This document shows positions 1-9,823 of a DNA stretch of 64,000 nucleotides, piece after piece. The notes under the pieces are model-generated. The model was given only the letters and a program-made list of their open reading frames with translations. It was not told the origin of the DNA and ran no database searches. Source of the DNA: a virus; the IMG/VR virus record IMGVR_UViG_3300023109_000007, positions 1-64,000 of that record; one strand, 5' to 3'. The stretch's first letter is position 1, and every line of letters begins with the position of its first letter. Position numbers and translations under genes: made by a program.

Positions 1-147
1 GACAAAGTCATGCTCAACTTCTTGTCCAATTGTCGTTAACACTTGTCTAAATGCTCCTTCTTCGGAACCTGGGTTAACGATGGTAATTTCTGCGTGAGCA
101 GATGTGGCAATAAAAATTGCCGCTAGTATTGTGATTAGTTTATTCAT
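1..147 (-). CDS. Partial secreted solute-binding protein, probably TctC/Bug-like (continues beyond window start)
   Basis: Not in the ORF track. Manual translation: MNKLITILAAIFIATSAHAEITIVNPGSEEGAFRQVLTTIGQEVEHDFV. It has a signal peptide with an AHA cleavage site and an AGGAGA Shine-Dalgarno at 153-158. The mature start ITIVNPGSEEG resembles the Bug/TctC I-x-I-V-x-P-x-x-x-G motif, and the gene directly follows tctA. Confidence 0.6.
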   Translation of the reverse strand, partial: MNKLITILAAIFIATSAHAEITIVNPGSEEGAFRQVLTTIGQEVEHDFV

Positions 148-156
148 TTTTTTCTC

Positions 157-1449
157 CTAAGATAAAATCACTAAAGCCCGTATTAGACTTTCATAAAATA
201 GATCACTAAGAAAAAATCCGTATATTGCTGGACTTGTATCTAAATGTCTAAGTGTGTATCCTAGTACTGATAAACACAGTATGCATACTAACATCCAAAT
301 ATGAATCGGAAACGTCATAATGCTTACTGTACTAATAGTAGTTAGTATTAAGAGATTTACGATAGTTCTATAAGTTTTATAAAAATATGCTACTCTAGCT
401 AACAGATTGAAACCATACCAACTAAGTATTAAACAAATAACAGTTATAAACGGTATAATGTATATTATACTATGTAACTTATTAATTGTGTTTTCAGCAG
501 TAAAGACAAAGCCGTTCTCTAACATGAGATAATAAACTAAGACTTCACTACCCGTAATAGGTATAGCTAAGATAAGCAAAGGAAGTAATGAACTAAGTGC
601 GCCGCTGTTGTTCGCTGCCTCTGCGGCTGCTATGCTTTTTAATACAGGCTTACGAAAGAATCGTTTGACTATATTTGCACTTGCATAACTGCCAAGTATG
701 TTTGTTACACCTGGAATAAGACCGCACCAAAACCCGATAAAACTTCCTAACAAGGTAGCGGTCATTGTGTCTTTTCCAACTGCAAATGTATTTATTCGTC
801 GAGTTTTTGTTATAGTTAAATTATGAACCTTTGCAAGCTCAGGAACTATATACAACCCAATCATTATACTTGCAAACGGTATTCCTAAACTTAGATAAGG
901 ATTACCAAATGTAGCAAAGCTATCAAACGTAATAGGATCAATACCTACCCTAGCAAGAACTCCGCCTAAACTAAAAAGTATAAGAGTAATAAGTTTGTTT
1001 TGTTTTGTTAAAAATGTAATCATAGTAATAGCACTAAAAATTACAACTGTCTGTACGATACTGTTATAGAATTTAAACACTTGCAAAATGTTAGGCAGTA
1101 CTGTGATAAACACAACTAATGCAAATATTACTCCAATGCTACTACTGATTGCATTGCTACTTACTGCTAGACTTCCGAAGCCTTTGCGATACAGTCGATG
1201 TCCTTCTCGTGCTGTGCTAATAGCCGTTGCATCGCCCGGAATGCCGTATAAGATTGCTGTAACGCTGTTTGTATAGTTAGCTGTGATTAGTACAGCAACG
1301 TAGTACATCATTATGTTAAGGGCGCTTGTTGACGCTAATAGAGGGTATAACAACGCCACTGCTATGAAGGGGCCTGCTCCTGGAATAAGTCCAAAGAACG
1401 CACCGCTAACAATACCTATTATTGCCCAGATAATTAGTTCTTCAATCAT
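157..1449 (-). CDS. tctA: Tripartite tricarboxylate transporter large permease (TctA family)
   Basis: Highly hydrophobic 430-aa protein with duplicated GLIPG hairpin motifs (FFGLIPGAG and WCGLIPGV), GIPGDATAISTAREG and the TctA hallmark AAAEAANNSG. Confidence 0.85.
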   Translation of the reverse strand: MIEELIIWAIIGIVSGAFFGLIPGAGPFIAVALLYPLLASTSALNIMMYYVAVLITANYTNSVTAILYGIPGDATAISTAREGHRLYRKGFGSLAVSSNAISSSIGVIFALVVFITVLPNILQVFKFYNSIVQTVVIFSAITMITFLTKQNKLITLILFSLGGVLARVGIDPITFDSFATFGNPYLSLGIPFASIMIGLYIVPELAKVHNLTITKTRRINTFAVGKDTMTATLLGSFIGFWCGLIPGVTNILGSYASANIVKRFFRKPVLKSIAAAEAANNSGALSSLLPLLILAIPITGSEVLVYYLMLENGFVFTAENTINKLHSIIYIIPFITVICLILSWYGFNLLARVAYFYKTYRTIVNLLILTTISTVSIMTFPIHIWMLVCILCLSVLGYTLRHLDTSPAIYGFFLSDLFYESLIRALVILS

Positions 1450-2381
1450 AGTTTAATTATACTTCTATTAAGTTGGGTATTAGGAGTAATCATATCTTTA
1501 TTGTTATTTTTTATTTTCTTGCAAAACTGTTTGCACACACTCGGGCACGTATTGTATTCTGATAAATGTTGGTTAAAATTTATAAAATGCCTCTTAAAAC
1601 TTTCAGTAGTATTGTCTTTAATGTTAATCGGCGACCATCGAGTGTCAGTTTCAAGATCAGCCCACCAACAACAAGGATAGTAATCTCCAAATGCATCTAT
1701 ATAATGCATATCGCCCGTATGACAAAATGGACTAAGTGCTTCTTCATACTCTACTTTAATATTTTGGAACCATTCTGGATTATCATACTCTTTTATATTT
1801 AACTTAGGATCTAATGTTCTTGTACGTTGTATCCTAAATTTATCAATACCAATTTTTTTTGCTAGATTTTTTGCTTCTTCTACTTGATGATAATTGTGTT
1901 CGAACACAATATACTTCCATTCTATTTCACACTTGCGTTTCTTTTTTGCAATCAGCTCAAATAGTTCTTGGATCTTATTCCAATTACTATTAACCCGGTA
2001 TAAATGGTTAGTGTCTTGTAGGCCATCAATACTTAATGTAATCTGAGAATTACTAGGCCATGTATCTAATACACGCTCCCAAAATGGCAAACTTTGCATA
2101 CCGTTAGTAGTTACATTTATATTCTGCGCATCAAAAAAATGTTCACTTATGTTATGGAACTGTGGATGATAGATCGGATCGCCTAAATTGCCTTGAAAGA
2201 AAATGTACTTAATTTCAGAAATTGTTTTTTTAGGAAAGAAGTCCTTTAAATGATTAATGTCGATGTCTAGCTTAGGATCTTTTATCATTGTATTGTAATG
2301 TGTTGTCCGGAGACACGCCGGACATGCTAACGGGCACCGTCTTGTTAATTCTAAGTGCCACCCTATATAATCTTTAAACAT
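1446..2381 (-). CDS. Radical SAM protein with C-terminal twitch/SPASM-like domain (subfamily A)
   Basis: CxxxCxxC motif CPLACPAC; GNLGDP, TTNG, SIDGLQDTNHLYR, FEHNYHQ; C-terminal C...PCCW...CxxxCxxxC. Confidence 0.9.
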   Translation of the reverse strand: MFKDYIGWHLELTRRCPLACPACLRTTHYNTMIKDPKLDIDINHLKDFFPKKTISEIKYIFFQGNLGDPIYHPQFHNISEHFFDAQNINVTTNGMQSLPFWERVLDTWPSNSQITLSIDGLQDTNHLYRVNSNWNKIQELFELIAKKKRKCEIEWKYIVFEHNYHQVEEAKNLAKKIGIDKFRIQRTRTLDPKLNIKEYDNPEWFQNIKVEYEEALSPFCHTGDMHYIDAFGDYYPCCWWADLETDTRWSPINIKDNTTESFKRHFINFNQHLSEYNTCPSVCKQFCKKIKNNNKDMITPNTQLNRSIIKL

Positions 2382-3013
2382 ATTTTTTCTTCTATTTTTC
2401 TAATATCGTTGTTTTCTTGAAATAAATTATATAGTTCATTATAATTTTCTACTACGTCTTTTTTATTCTTATTAGGTTTAATAGGATTTTCATCTCGATA
2501 ACTGTAAGTTTCATATCTATACACCTCATTAGCCCATTCTAATACACTATCTAAATGGCATTGATACTGTTCAATTCTCCAGTCTAACCGAGACATAAAA
2601 AAGTCAATCGGAATGACAGCATGTTCGGTTTCGTGTTCTTCTGTCCACCACCACTTTCCTGTGCGCTGTGCAATGCATCTACTTAGTGTACTATCGAATA
2701 AATTCCTATGAAAAAATATTTTTCTTTCTGCAGTAATATCCAAATAACTTTTATCAAAATTTGGATAGGTAATTTGTACTTTAATTAATACAGGTTTTCC
2801 TGTTCCAACATTAACTGTTTGAATTACGTCTTTGGGAGCATAAGCAGGGTTATACCAACTAGGTGGTTGTCCTTTTTCACTGTCTTGACTAAAGCATTCT
2901 CCCATCCAAAGTAGTTTGTCATTATTAAAATTAGATCCTAATATATTGTGCTGAAATGCTGTACTACCATTTCTATCTGCACTTATTATAACAATATTAT
3001 TATAGTTTTCCAA
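2363..3013 (-). CDS. Sulfotransferase-like protein (Stf0/P-loop type)
   Basis: N-terminal IISADRNGSTAF resembles the PAPS 5'-PSB loop (RSGST), and HRNLFDSTLSRCIA resembles the 3'-PB motif R-x7-S. Confidence 0.6.
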   Translation of the reverse strand: MENYNNIVIISADRNGSTAFQHNILGSNFNNDKLLWMGECFSQDSEKGQPPSWYNPAYAPKDVIQTVNVGTGKPVLIKVQITYPNFDKSYLDITAERKIFFHRNLFDSTLSRCIAQRTGKWWWTEEHETEHAVIPIDFFMSRLDWRIEQYQCHLDSVLEWANEVYRYETYSYRDENPIKPNKNKKDVVENYNELYNLFQENNDIRKIEEKICLKII

Positions 3014-3599
3014 ACGCCCAGATCCTTTCTTTACACCACCAACATTCGCCGCAATGGGCGTCGAAGTTCATTGTTTCTGTTACACAACTCCTTGTAATAG
3101 GAAATAATGTTGATAGTAAATTATGTTCTTTATAAATTAGTGCAAGGTCTTTTTTGTCCATATTAATAAACGGAGTATATATAGATCCCCATATTTGTTG
3201 AAAGTTGCCTACTCTAAGTTCGTCAGGGCCGCCTTCGGCATTAAATCCTTGCCTAGGTTCGTGTGTTGTGCCAGATATTATACAGTCTAATAAGTTGCTA
3301 TCAAATAAAGTTGCTTCTATTTCTCTCATTAGTTGTATTTTATCTCCACCAATTTTGTGTGTATAAACAAAAGATTTTTCAAATTTAAAATCAATTTCTT
3401 GTTGGATGAATTTAATAACAGAGTTAGTAAACTGTTCTTGAAAAGGTGCTGACTTTTCTATAATTATAATTGGGAATAGCTCTATATCAAGTTTGTTGTG
3501 TGCAATATATTTTGCTAACAAATATGCTAATAAAGAACTATCGGCGCCGCCGCTCATTTTGATACCTACTCGGTTTACATTAGGTAAGTTTTCAAACAT
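3000..3599 (-). CDS. QueC-like PP-loop ATPase with C-terminal Zn-binding motif
   Basis: SGGADSS PP-loop; TPFINMDK; TRSC-x10-CGECWWCKER. Confidence 0.75.
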   Translation of the reverse strand: MFENLPNVNRVGIKMSGGADSSLLAYLLAKYIAHNKLDIELFPIIIIEKSAPFQEQFTNSVIKFIQQEIDFKFEKSFVYTHKIGGDKIQLMREIEATLFDSNLLDCIISGTTHEPRQGFNAEGGPDELRVGNFQQIWGSIYTPFINMDKKDLALIYKEHNLLSTLFPITRSCVTETMNFDAHCGECWWCKERIWAFGKL

Positions 3600-4254
3600 T
3601 AATTAGTTTCTTATATTTGTCTGTTTGCTTGCCCGTAATCTTTAATATATTACGGGGCCATGGACCTGTGTTTGCTGTACTATGTGGAATGTTTGCCCAG
3701 TCAAACCAAATGATGTCCCCTGCTCTCCAAGGCGGTACGTAAGTATTACCAAACTGTATAATGTGTCCTGGTGCCCAATCTTCTAGCATTACAAACACTC
3801 TGCCCCATTCATCGTCTGTGGCTCTGCTACTAGTTTGGTCTGTGCGTTCTTTACGCAATCCAGTAAGACTGTCAATGTGTAAGTGTAGCATCATCCCCGT
3901 ATGTTGCGTTTGTACATTAGTTTGTGCATCAACAAGACCAATTTCTTCTGCAATGCTATGTAGTATAGGAGTTTCTTGTGTAGTTATCCACTGTCTGTAT
4001 ACAACATAGTCTAAAGGAATGCCCCAGTCTTTACATAATAGTTCTTCATAATCGTAATTAAAACTATCGCCTTCGGGTGCTACCGGTGATGGCCAATAAA
4101 AGTCATATTGATTTGCATTTGCAATAGGTATTTCATCTTTCCAAGAAGGATACATGTTGGCTATTGTCTTAAAACTCTTACCATGATCACTTTCACGAAA
4201 TGGATTAAAGTCGTAGTTGCTTTGTTCTACTGTAACTTCCCATCTATTTTTCAT
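3592..4254 (-). CDS. Fe(II)/2-oxoglutarate-dependent oxygenase-like (DSBH) protein
   Basis: HxD motif (LHLHID), distal His (PHSTAN) followed by PRNILKITG. Confidence 0.7.
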   Translation of the reverse strand: MKNRWEVTVEQSNYDFNPFRESDHGKSFKTIANMYPSWKDEIPIANANQYDFYWPSPVAPEGDSFNYDYEELLCKDWGIPLDYVVYRQWITTQETPILHSIAEEIGLVDAQTNVQTQHTGMMLHLHIDSLTGLRKERTDQTSSRATDDEWGRVFVMLEDWAPGHIIQFGNTYVPPWRAGDIIWFDWANIPHSTANTGPWPRNILKITGKQTDKYKKLINV

Positions 4255-5161
4255 GTGACATCTCCAAAAATAATCTCCACATCGGCGGCCTATATAAATT
4301 GCAATGATCGTAATCTATTTTATCAACAGATAGTCCTACATGCTTTGCAAGTGTATTTGTTCCATGCTCTGTAATGTTAAAGTACCATGTATACTTCCAT
4401 TCTCTATCACAGAAAAAGTATGCCGAATTCTTTTGGGCATCATCTAAGTCTCCGTGTAGCCATGTGTGTGCGTGTACAGCATCAGGTTGGAATAGTTTGT
4501 AATAGTTATGATTATGACTCCATAGTAACAATCCGTCTGGTGCTAAACATTCTTTTAATTTTCTCATATTACGATATTGTTCATCGTAAGTATACCAATT
4601 CATACTGCCAAAACAAATAACGACATCCCATTTTTGCCCTTTAGGATCAAAGTCTGATTGCTTACACATAATATCTGCTTCGGGCCTATATGGATCAACG
4701 CCAGTAACATTGTTTAAATGTTTTTTGTATTCGTTTACACCACAACCCATATCAAGTATAGTTAAGTCTGGACGTTCTGCTTGCATTGCTTGTAGTCTGT
4801 CTACAAGTGCTTGTCCTCGTATGTTCCACTTATTTGCAATAGGCTTGTGTTCAACATCTAATACTTCACCAACTACTCCAGTAGTGCTTGTACCGTTTTC
4901 ACCTACAAAGTAGTTGTGTTGATATTGCTTGTCAATTTCTTTTACAAAGTCGCCCATAGTTTTTCCATACCATTGATCAATTTGACCGAGATGAATTGGA
5001 TGATGTGTATCTCTAACTTGCATTGAAAATTCTTGTTCACATGCTGTCATAAACTCTTTTGTAAACGGCAACTGGTGGATCATAGATTCTGGAGCAATGT
5101 TCCAGCCGAACATTTCTTCGACCTTATTCCATATTAATTTATTTAAAGGATTTGTATACAT
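4244..5161 (-). CDS. Class I SAM-dependent methyltransferase with N-terminal extension
   Basis: Motif I ILDMGCG; VTGVDPY; WDVVICFGS; LAPDGLL. Confidence 0.8.
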   Translation of the reverse strand: MYTNPLNKLIWNKVEEMFGWNIAPESMIHQLPFTKEFMTACEQEFSMQVRDTHHPIHLGQIDQWYGKTMGDFVKEIDKQYQHNYFVGENGTSTTGVVGEVLDVEHKPIANKWNIRGQALVDRLQAMQAERPDLTILDMGCGVNEYKKHLNNVTGVDPYRPEADIMCKQSDFDPKGQKWDVVICFGSMNWYTYDEQYRNMRKLKECLAPDGLLLWSHNHNYYKLFQPDAVHAHTWLHGDLDDAQKNSAYFFCDREWKYTWYFNITEHGTNTLAKHVGLSVDKIDYDHCNLYRPPMWRLFLEMSHEK

Positions 5162-5167
5162 TTTTCT

Positions 5168-6265
5168 TTACCGTTCTATTAAAAATATTGTAAAATTGTT
5201 ATCTATCGGACACGGGTTGTCGACTAACACATTAATACCAAATGCATTTTCTATGTAATCTTTCAACAAGTTGATATTATGAAGTTTGATAGATTTTGCC
5301 GAATATGATATATTCGTTTCTTTTTTTAACTCTTCTATTTTAAATTTATCTTTAAGATATTGGTTATCATAGTCGAATACACTAAACACTATTTTCTTTT
5401 TGGCGAGTTTGATAGACTCTGATAATATATTAATAATAGTATCAAGATCGCAACTTGTAAATACACTGTTTATAAAAACATAATCGTGTATTTCTATATT
5501 AGGAAATATTTCCGTTCTATTTCCTGCTTTGTTATAATATTCATTATACATATTATAATGATAGAAATTTGAATTGGGATACAGCCTTTTCCCCAATTTA
5601 GCTGCATCTTTTGATACATCTAAACAAGTATACTTTTCTATTTTTTTATTTTTACTTGTTAATAAATTTCCTGCATTGCCTCCAATGTCTAAAACACTTC
5701 CGGGCTCATCAAAATAATAATCAAAAATTTTATATTGTGATTCAGTACCTATAACTTGATTATCTTGTTTTTTGACTGGATAAATATTATTGTAAATCTG
5801 ATTAACTCTTTGTTTTATTGTACTATTATCTGGATATTGGTCATAATATTTTTTTTCAAAAAGAGATCGCTGCTTGATTAAATAATCGTCGTACCGGTGC
5901 ATAATAATAGTATTAGTAAACGATTTACTGATAAATCCAAAATTATATCTTTGGACAACGACGTTTTTTTCAGTTAGAAAATAAATAATATTTGCATTTA
6001 TTTTTTGTTGTTCTGTTAAAACAATATTAACGTCCTCGACATCTATGTTGTTACCTAACCAAATTACACCCATATCTTTCTCTCCAGTGTATTTTAAAAG
6101 GCACTCTTTTAAATTTTCTCTACCATCAAAGAATTCTACATTATTTGTAATCCTAGTATGTTTGGCATATGGACACAGCGGAAGATTGTTTGTTTGAATT
6201 TTTTCGGCATCAAATGACCATTCTATAAACTCGGCTTTGAAGTCTTCAAATTCATACATCTTCAT
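5168..6265 (-). CDS. Two-domain protein: N-terminal CPYA-motif domain plus class I SAM-dependent methyltransferase
   Basis: N-terminal LPLCPYAK; C-terminal VLDIGGNAG, YTCLDVS and DYVFINSVFT. Confidence 0.7.
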   Translation of the reverse strand: MKMYEFEDFKAEFIEWSFDAEKIQTNNLPLCPYAKHTRITNNVEFFDGRENLKECLLKYTGEKDMGVIWLGNNIDVEDVNIVLTEQQKINANIIYFLTEKNVVVQRYNFGFISKSFTNTIIMHRYDDYLIKQRSLFEKKYYDQYPDNSTIKQRVNQIYNNIYPVKKQDNQVIGTESQYKIFDYYFDEPGSVLDIGGNAGNLLTSKNKKIEKYTCLDVSKDAAKLGKRLYPNSNFYHYNMYNEYYNKAGNRTEIFPNIEIHDYVFINSVFTSCDLDTIINILSESIKLAKKKIVFSVFDYDNQYLKDKFKIEELKKETNISYSAKSIKLHNINLLKDYIENAFGINVLVDNPCPIDNNFTIFLIER

Positions 6266-7013
6266 AATAATAACCTTCTATATGATCTATACTTATTTGT
6301 TTTCTAAAATGATCTGAGAATATGCATTCAATTCTTACGCTATAACTCCAACTGTGTGTTGCTTCATGGCTACCATGATAATTGTTTGTATTGAAAAATG
6401 CACTTCTTGATTGGACTTTTACCGGGGTGTTATTGTTATCTAGAATATAAAATGTTTTGTGATTGTCAAAGTTAATCCAGATAAACTCTTCTCTATGAGG
6501 CACAGGGCGCCAGTTGGCGATATCGTGATCTTGGCCGCTATCAACGTGATACCATGGGATTACTCCGGGCCTATTGATAAACACTGCCACATGCCCGACT
6601 TTTGTTATGGGCAGTTGAGCAATCCATTCCTTAAAAGGTTGCCAATCTTCTGATAGCCCGGGTTTCCATTTAATGGAATCCCATACTGCTGCTGGAGTTT
6701 TGATTGAATCATAAACATACCCGTCATGCCCTCCAGTTGTCAGTTTCATGACATGATATGGTGAGCGTAATGCATTTGTCAGTTCAGCAGCAAATATATC
6801 TTTATTGGTGGCTGCCTTAATATCTAACGCATCTGCAATTGAATTACCGGACAAGTCACTGGTATTAATGTTGCAACAGTGACGGATCATATCAAAATTA
6901 TTAATTAGTCCATCATCTAAACTTGCTGGACAGCTACCAATATTTAAAATTTCATCTAAATCAATATACCAGTCGCTATTAATTGTAAGTTTATCCATTT
7001 TTAATTTTTCCAT
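6252..7013 (-). CDS. Fe(II)/2OG oxygenase-like (DSBH) protein
   Basis: PWYHVDS (HxD); FFNTNNYHGS (distal His); YSVRIE. Confidence 0.65.
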   Translation of the reverse strand: MEKLKMDKLTINSDWYIDLDEILNIGSCPASLDDGLINNFDMIRHCCNINTSDLSGNSIADALDIKAATNKDIFAAELTNALRSPYHVMKLTTGGHDGYVYDSIKTPAAVWDSIKWKPGLSEDWQPFKEWIAQLPITKVGHVAVFINRPGVIPWYHVDSGQDHDIANWRPVPHREEFIWINFDNHKTFYILDNNNTPVKVQSRSAFFNTNNYHGSHEATHSWSYSVRIECIFSDHFRKQISIDHIEGYYYEDV

Positions 7014-8656
7014 GATTTACTAAATCGTCCTTTGATGTGTATTTCAGTCATCCAACTAGATAAGTCAGTTATGCTTTTAAAGTCTTTTTGGTTAGCAGAA
7101 ATGATATCACTGTGCTCTGGATATCTTTCTTTTAAATAATCAAAAATATTATTCTGTACATAAAATAAATGCGAGTATGCAGTATCAGTATAATTACAGT
7201 TACTAATATAATACCCGATATGATCATTATTGTCAATAGAATTAAAATAGTGATCTCTTACTTCTGCTTTATGATCAGCAAACAATTTCTCAGAAAACAT
7301 TTGATCGTATAACTCATTATGAAATGCACTTCTGTTTATATTATTTTTATGTAAATAGTCTGCGAGATATGTTGTAATTCCATACCAGTACATTGGTATA
7401 ATAAAATTCCTTGCGTAGAAAAAAGATTCAAATACACTTTCTCGATCTATTGAGCTTGTTGAAACACATATTTCATCAGTAACACCGTTATCATAAGGTT
7501 TTGCAGTTCCTTTAATATTGGCCCATTCCATATCTAGAAATCCAGTATTAAACTCAGTATTAGACAACCTACTCAAACTGTTAATTTGTATCATTTCAAA
7601 CGATACTGGCATATCTAATAGCTCATGCACTCCTGCTTTAAAACTTTCTTTAGTGTCGCCTGGCATAGGAAATATTAATTCAGTATATGATGATAAATTT
7701 TCTAGTTGCATATCTTCAAGAATAGGAATAAATCCTTTAATGTCATATGCATTTTTACGCTTAACATTCTTAAGAGTTTCTAGATTAGTGCTCTGTAAAC
7801 TAAATCCAAAGATTTTATCTACTCCGCTGGTTTGTAGTTTTTTAGCAAGTTTAATAATTTGCTCGCCGTGTGTTTTAGCCCAAGTGGGCATGAAACTCCC
7901 ATTAAATCTTCCGTTTTGTTTTTGTTCTACAATGTAGTCTACTATAAGTTCGTCTCTAGGAAAGATTCCAAAATTACTGTCAGCAACGTCGATAATATTA
8001 ATATTGTTTTCGCATATCCAGTCAAGTTCCTGCAAGCATCGGTCAGTGTCAAACATTTGTATTTTTTGATACTGTTTAGATCCAATGTCACAAAAACTAC
8101 AGCTATACGGGCAGCCTCTATTACCTTCAAATATTGCTCTAATATTCTTAGTAGTGTTACCTTCTAATAACTTATCAAAAAATCCATTTAAGTACGGACT
8201 CGGTATCATTTTAGGATCTGCATATACTGCATTCAATGCATTATTGAAATCCTTAGTTACAATGCCCGGTAAATCAAACGTATCAGTAGTTAATACATTA
8301 CGCAAAGTTTCTTCGCCGTAGTATGCAATTACTGCATCAACTTCGGGATGGTCAATACACCACTGCGAAGTGTATTTAGGATCTGGGCCGCCGACAATAA
8401 CTTTACAGTTCGGGTATTTAGACTTAGCATCTTTAATAATTGCATAAGTTTCTTGCCAGTTCCACATATAACAACTGGCAGCAATAATATACGGATCTAC
8501 AATATCAATAGGATCCTTCCACCAAACGCCAGCTAAGTTATATTTAGACGACACTTCTTCAAATTGATTACAGTAACTCCAAATAGTTCCAACTGCTTGC
8601 GGTAAAGAAGCAGTGTGAGCAGTTAGTGGCAACTGTAAAAAGTATATATTACGCAT
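7001..8656 (-). CDS. Cobalamin-binding (class B type) radical SAM protein
   Basis: N-terminal B12-binding-like region (SCYMWN...VIVGGPDP...YGEETL); SPYL; RGCPYSCSFC; DSNFG; LQS; ELIFPMPGDT. The start was moved from 8728 to the ATG at 8656 (MRNIYF), which overlaps the upstream stop and matches the paralog N-terminus (MKKVYF). Confidence 0.9.
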   Translation of the reverse strand: MRNIYFLQLPLTAHTASLPQAVGTIWSYCNQFEEVSSKYNLAGVWWKDPIDIVDPYIIAASCYMWNWQETYAIIKDAKSKYPNCKVIVGGPDPKYTSQWCIDHPEVDAVIAYYGEETLRNVLTTDTFDLPGIVTKDFNNALNAVYADPKMIPSPYLNGFFDKLLEGNTTKNIRAIFEGNRGCPYSCSFCDIGSKQYQKIQMFDTDRCLQELDWICENNINIIDVADSNFGIFPRDELIVDYIVEQKQNGRFNGSFMPTWAKTHGEQIIKLAKKLQTSGVDKIFGFSLQSTNLETLKNVKRKNAYDIKGFIPILEDMQLENLSSYTELIFPMPGDTKESFKAGVHELLDMPVSFEMIQINSLSRLSNTEFNTGFLDMEWANIKGTAKPYDNGVTDEICVSTSSIDRESVFESFFYARNFIIPMYWYGITTYLADYLHKNNINRSAFHNELYDQMFSEKLFADHKAEVRDHYFNSIDNNDHIGYYISNCNYTDTAYSHLFYVQNNIFDYLKERYPEHSDIISANQKDFKSITDLSSWMTEIHIKGRFSKSWKN

Positions 8657-9185
8657 GTTTAAAATTCTCTGTGTCTGTCCAAATAGTATTATTGTCAATT
8701 TTTTTAAATAAGTTATCTGTCCAGTCAAATAAATCCATCATCAATACCCAACGGGGTGTAGTGTCTTCTAATTTACGTGGCACAGCATGTAACATGCGAG
8801 TATAAAAAATAGTCGGTGTATCTAATATAAATTGCTCAACTGGATGATTAAATTGGTCATAGTAGTATTGAGGACTGTTACTAAAGTCCCCTAGTAACGG
8901 AATTCCAAAATTTCCCCATTTACGATGATCAATATGATTAACTAATCCTCCAGGCTTTACACTACTTAAAAAGAAACTAGGACGTTTAAATTCTGCATTA
9001 AGGCCGTTATATAATTCGTTTAATATAGGAAAGTCTTCTACACTTAATGGAAGTTCTTCTACATTCCAAACTAGTCCGTTCTGATCATATCCTTGTTTCC
9101 AAGTAGTATGCTGTGCATATTCAATTATTTCATTAAACACACTAGGATTATATTGTAATTTTAGTTTTCTATGATACCAGTCCAT
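8649..9185 (-). CDS. Fe(II)/2OG oxygenase-like protein
   Basis: VNHIDH (HxD), MLHAV (distal His), PRWVL (candidate 2OG-binding Arg). Confidence 0.7.
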   Translation of the reverse strand: MDWYHRKLKLQYNPSVFNEIIEYAQHTTWKQGYDQNGLVWNVEELPLSVEDFPILNELYNGLNAEFKRPSFFLSSVKPGGLVNHIDHRKWGNFGIPLLGDFSNSPQYYYDQFNHPVEQFILDTPTIFYTRMLHAVPRKLEDTTPRWVLMMDLFDWTDNLFKKIDNNTIWTDTENFKHA

Positions 9186-9823
9186 TAAGACAACCTATAT
9201 TGATCTATCATTGTTTCAAATAACTTTGCATCAAACTTTAAACAAAATACAAGCATGATACAATCATCTGACATACTAAACACGCTATGTCGTTTGCTTG
9301 CATTAAAATAATACAAACTACCTTCTTTAACATTCATAACAGTGTCTTCGTATATAAATTTCATAGTGTCTTTACTGTTGCGATTAACAAAGCCAACCAG
9401 TCTAACATCTTCGTATGTGTAGTCTAGTTTGTTTATATCATAATGTTCAGGGAAGAAGCCGCCACTGTTTAGTTTAAGATAATGACACCGACCTAACCAT
9501 GGCTTCCAAGGCTCTATAATCTTTTGAAGTTCTAGACTAGTACTGTACACATTTGTATATGTGTTAATATCATGATTTGTAAGTGTAGTGCCGTGCCGGT
9601 TATTATATTCTGACAGACTATCTAAGTCCGGAATGCCACTAAGTTTACCATCAAGACTAGTAATACTAAGTCCCCAGCGATTGTTTGGCTTTTTAACGTT
9701 ATACGGTTTCCACTCATCTGCGTACTGATTAATATCATCTAACAGTTTGCCAGAGTTAAACTTCTGCATCTCGAGCCAGTCGCCCATAGTGTGCAATCTA
9801 GATAATGCGTGTTTGCTACTCAT
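9185..9823 (-). CDS. Fe(II)/2OG oxygenase-like protein (aspartyl/asparaginyl beta-hydroxylase-like)
   Basis: GGFFPEHYD (HxD); GSLYYFNASKRHSV (distal His). Confidence 0.7.
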   Translation of the reverse strand: MSSKHALSRLHTMGDWLEMQKFNSGKLLDDINQYADEWKPYNVKKPNNRWGLSITSLDGKLSGIPDLDSLSEYNNRHGTTLTNHDINTYTNVYSTSLELQKIIEPWKPWLGRCHYLKLNSGGFFPEHYDINKLDYTYEDVRLVGFVNRNSKDTMKFIYEDTVMNVKEGSLYYFNASKRHSVFSMSDDCIMLVFCLKFDAKLFETMIDQYRLS

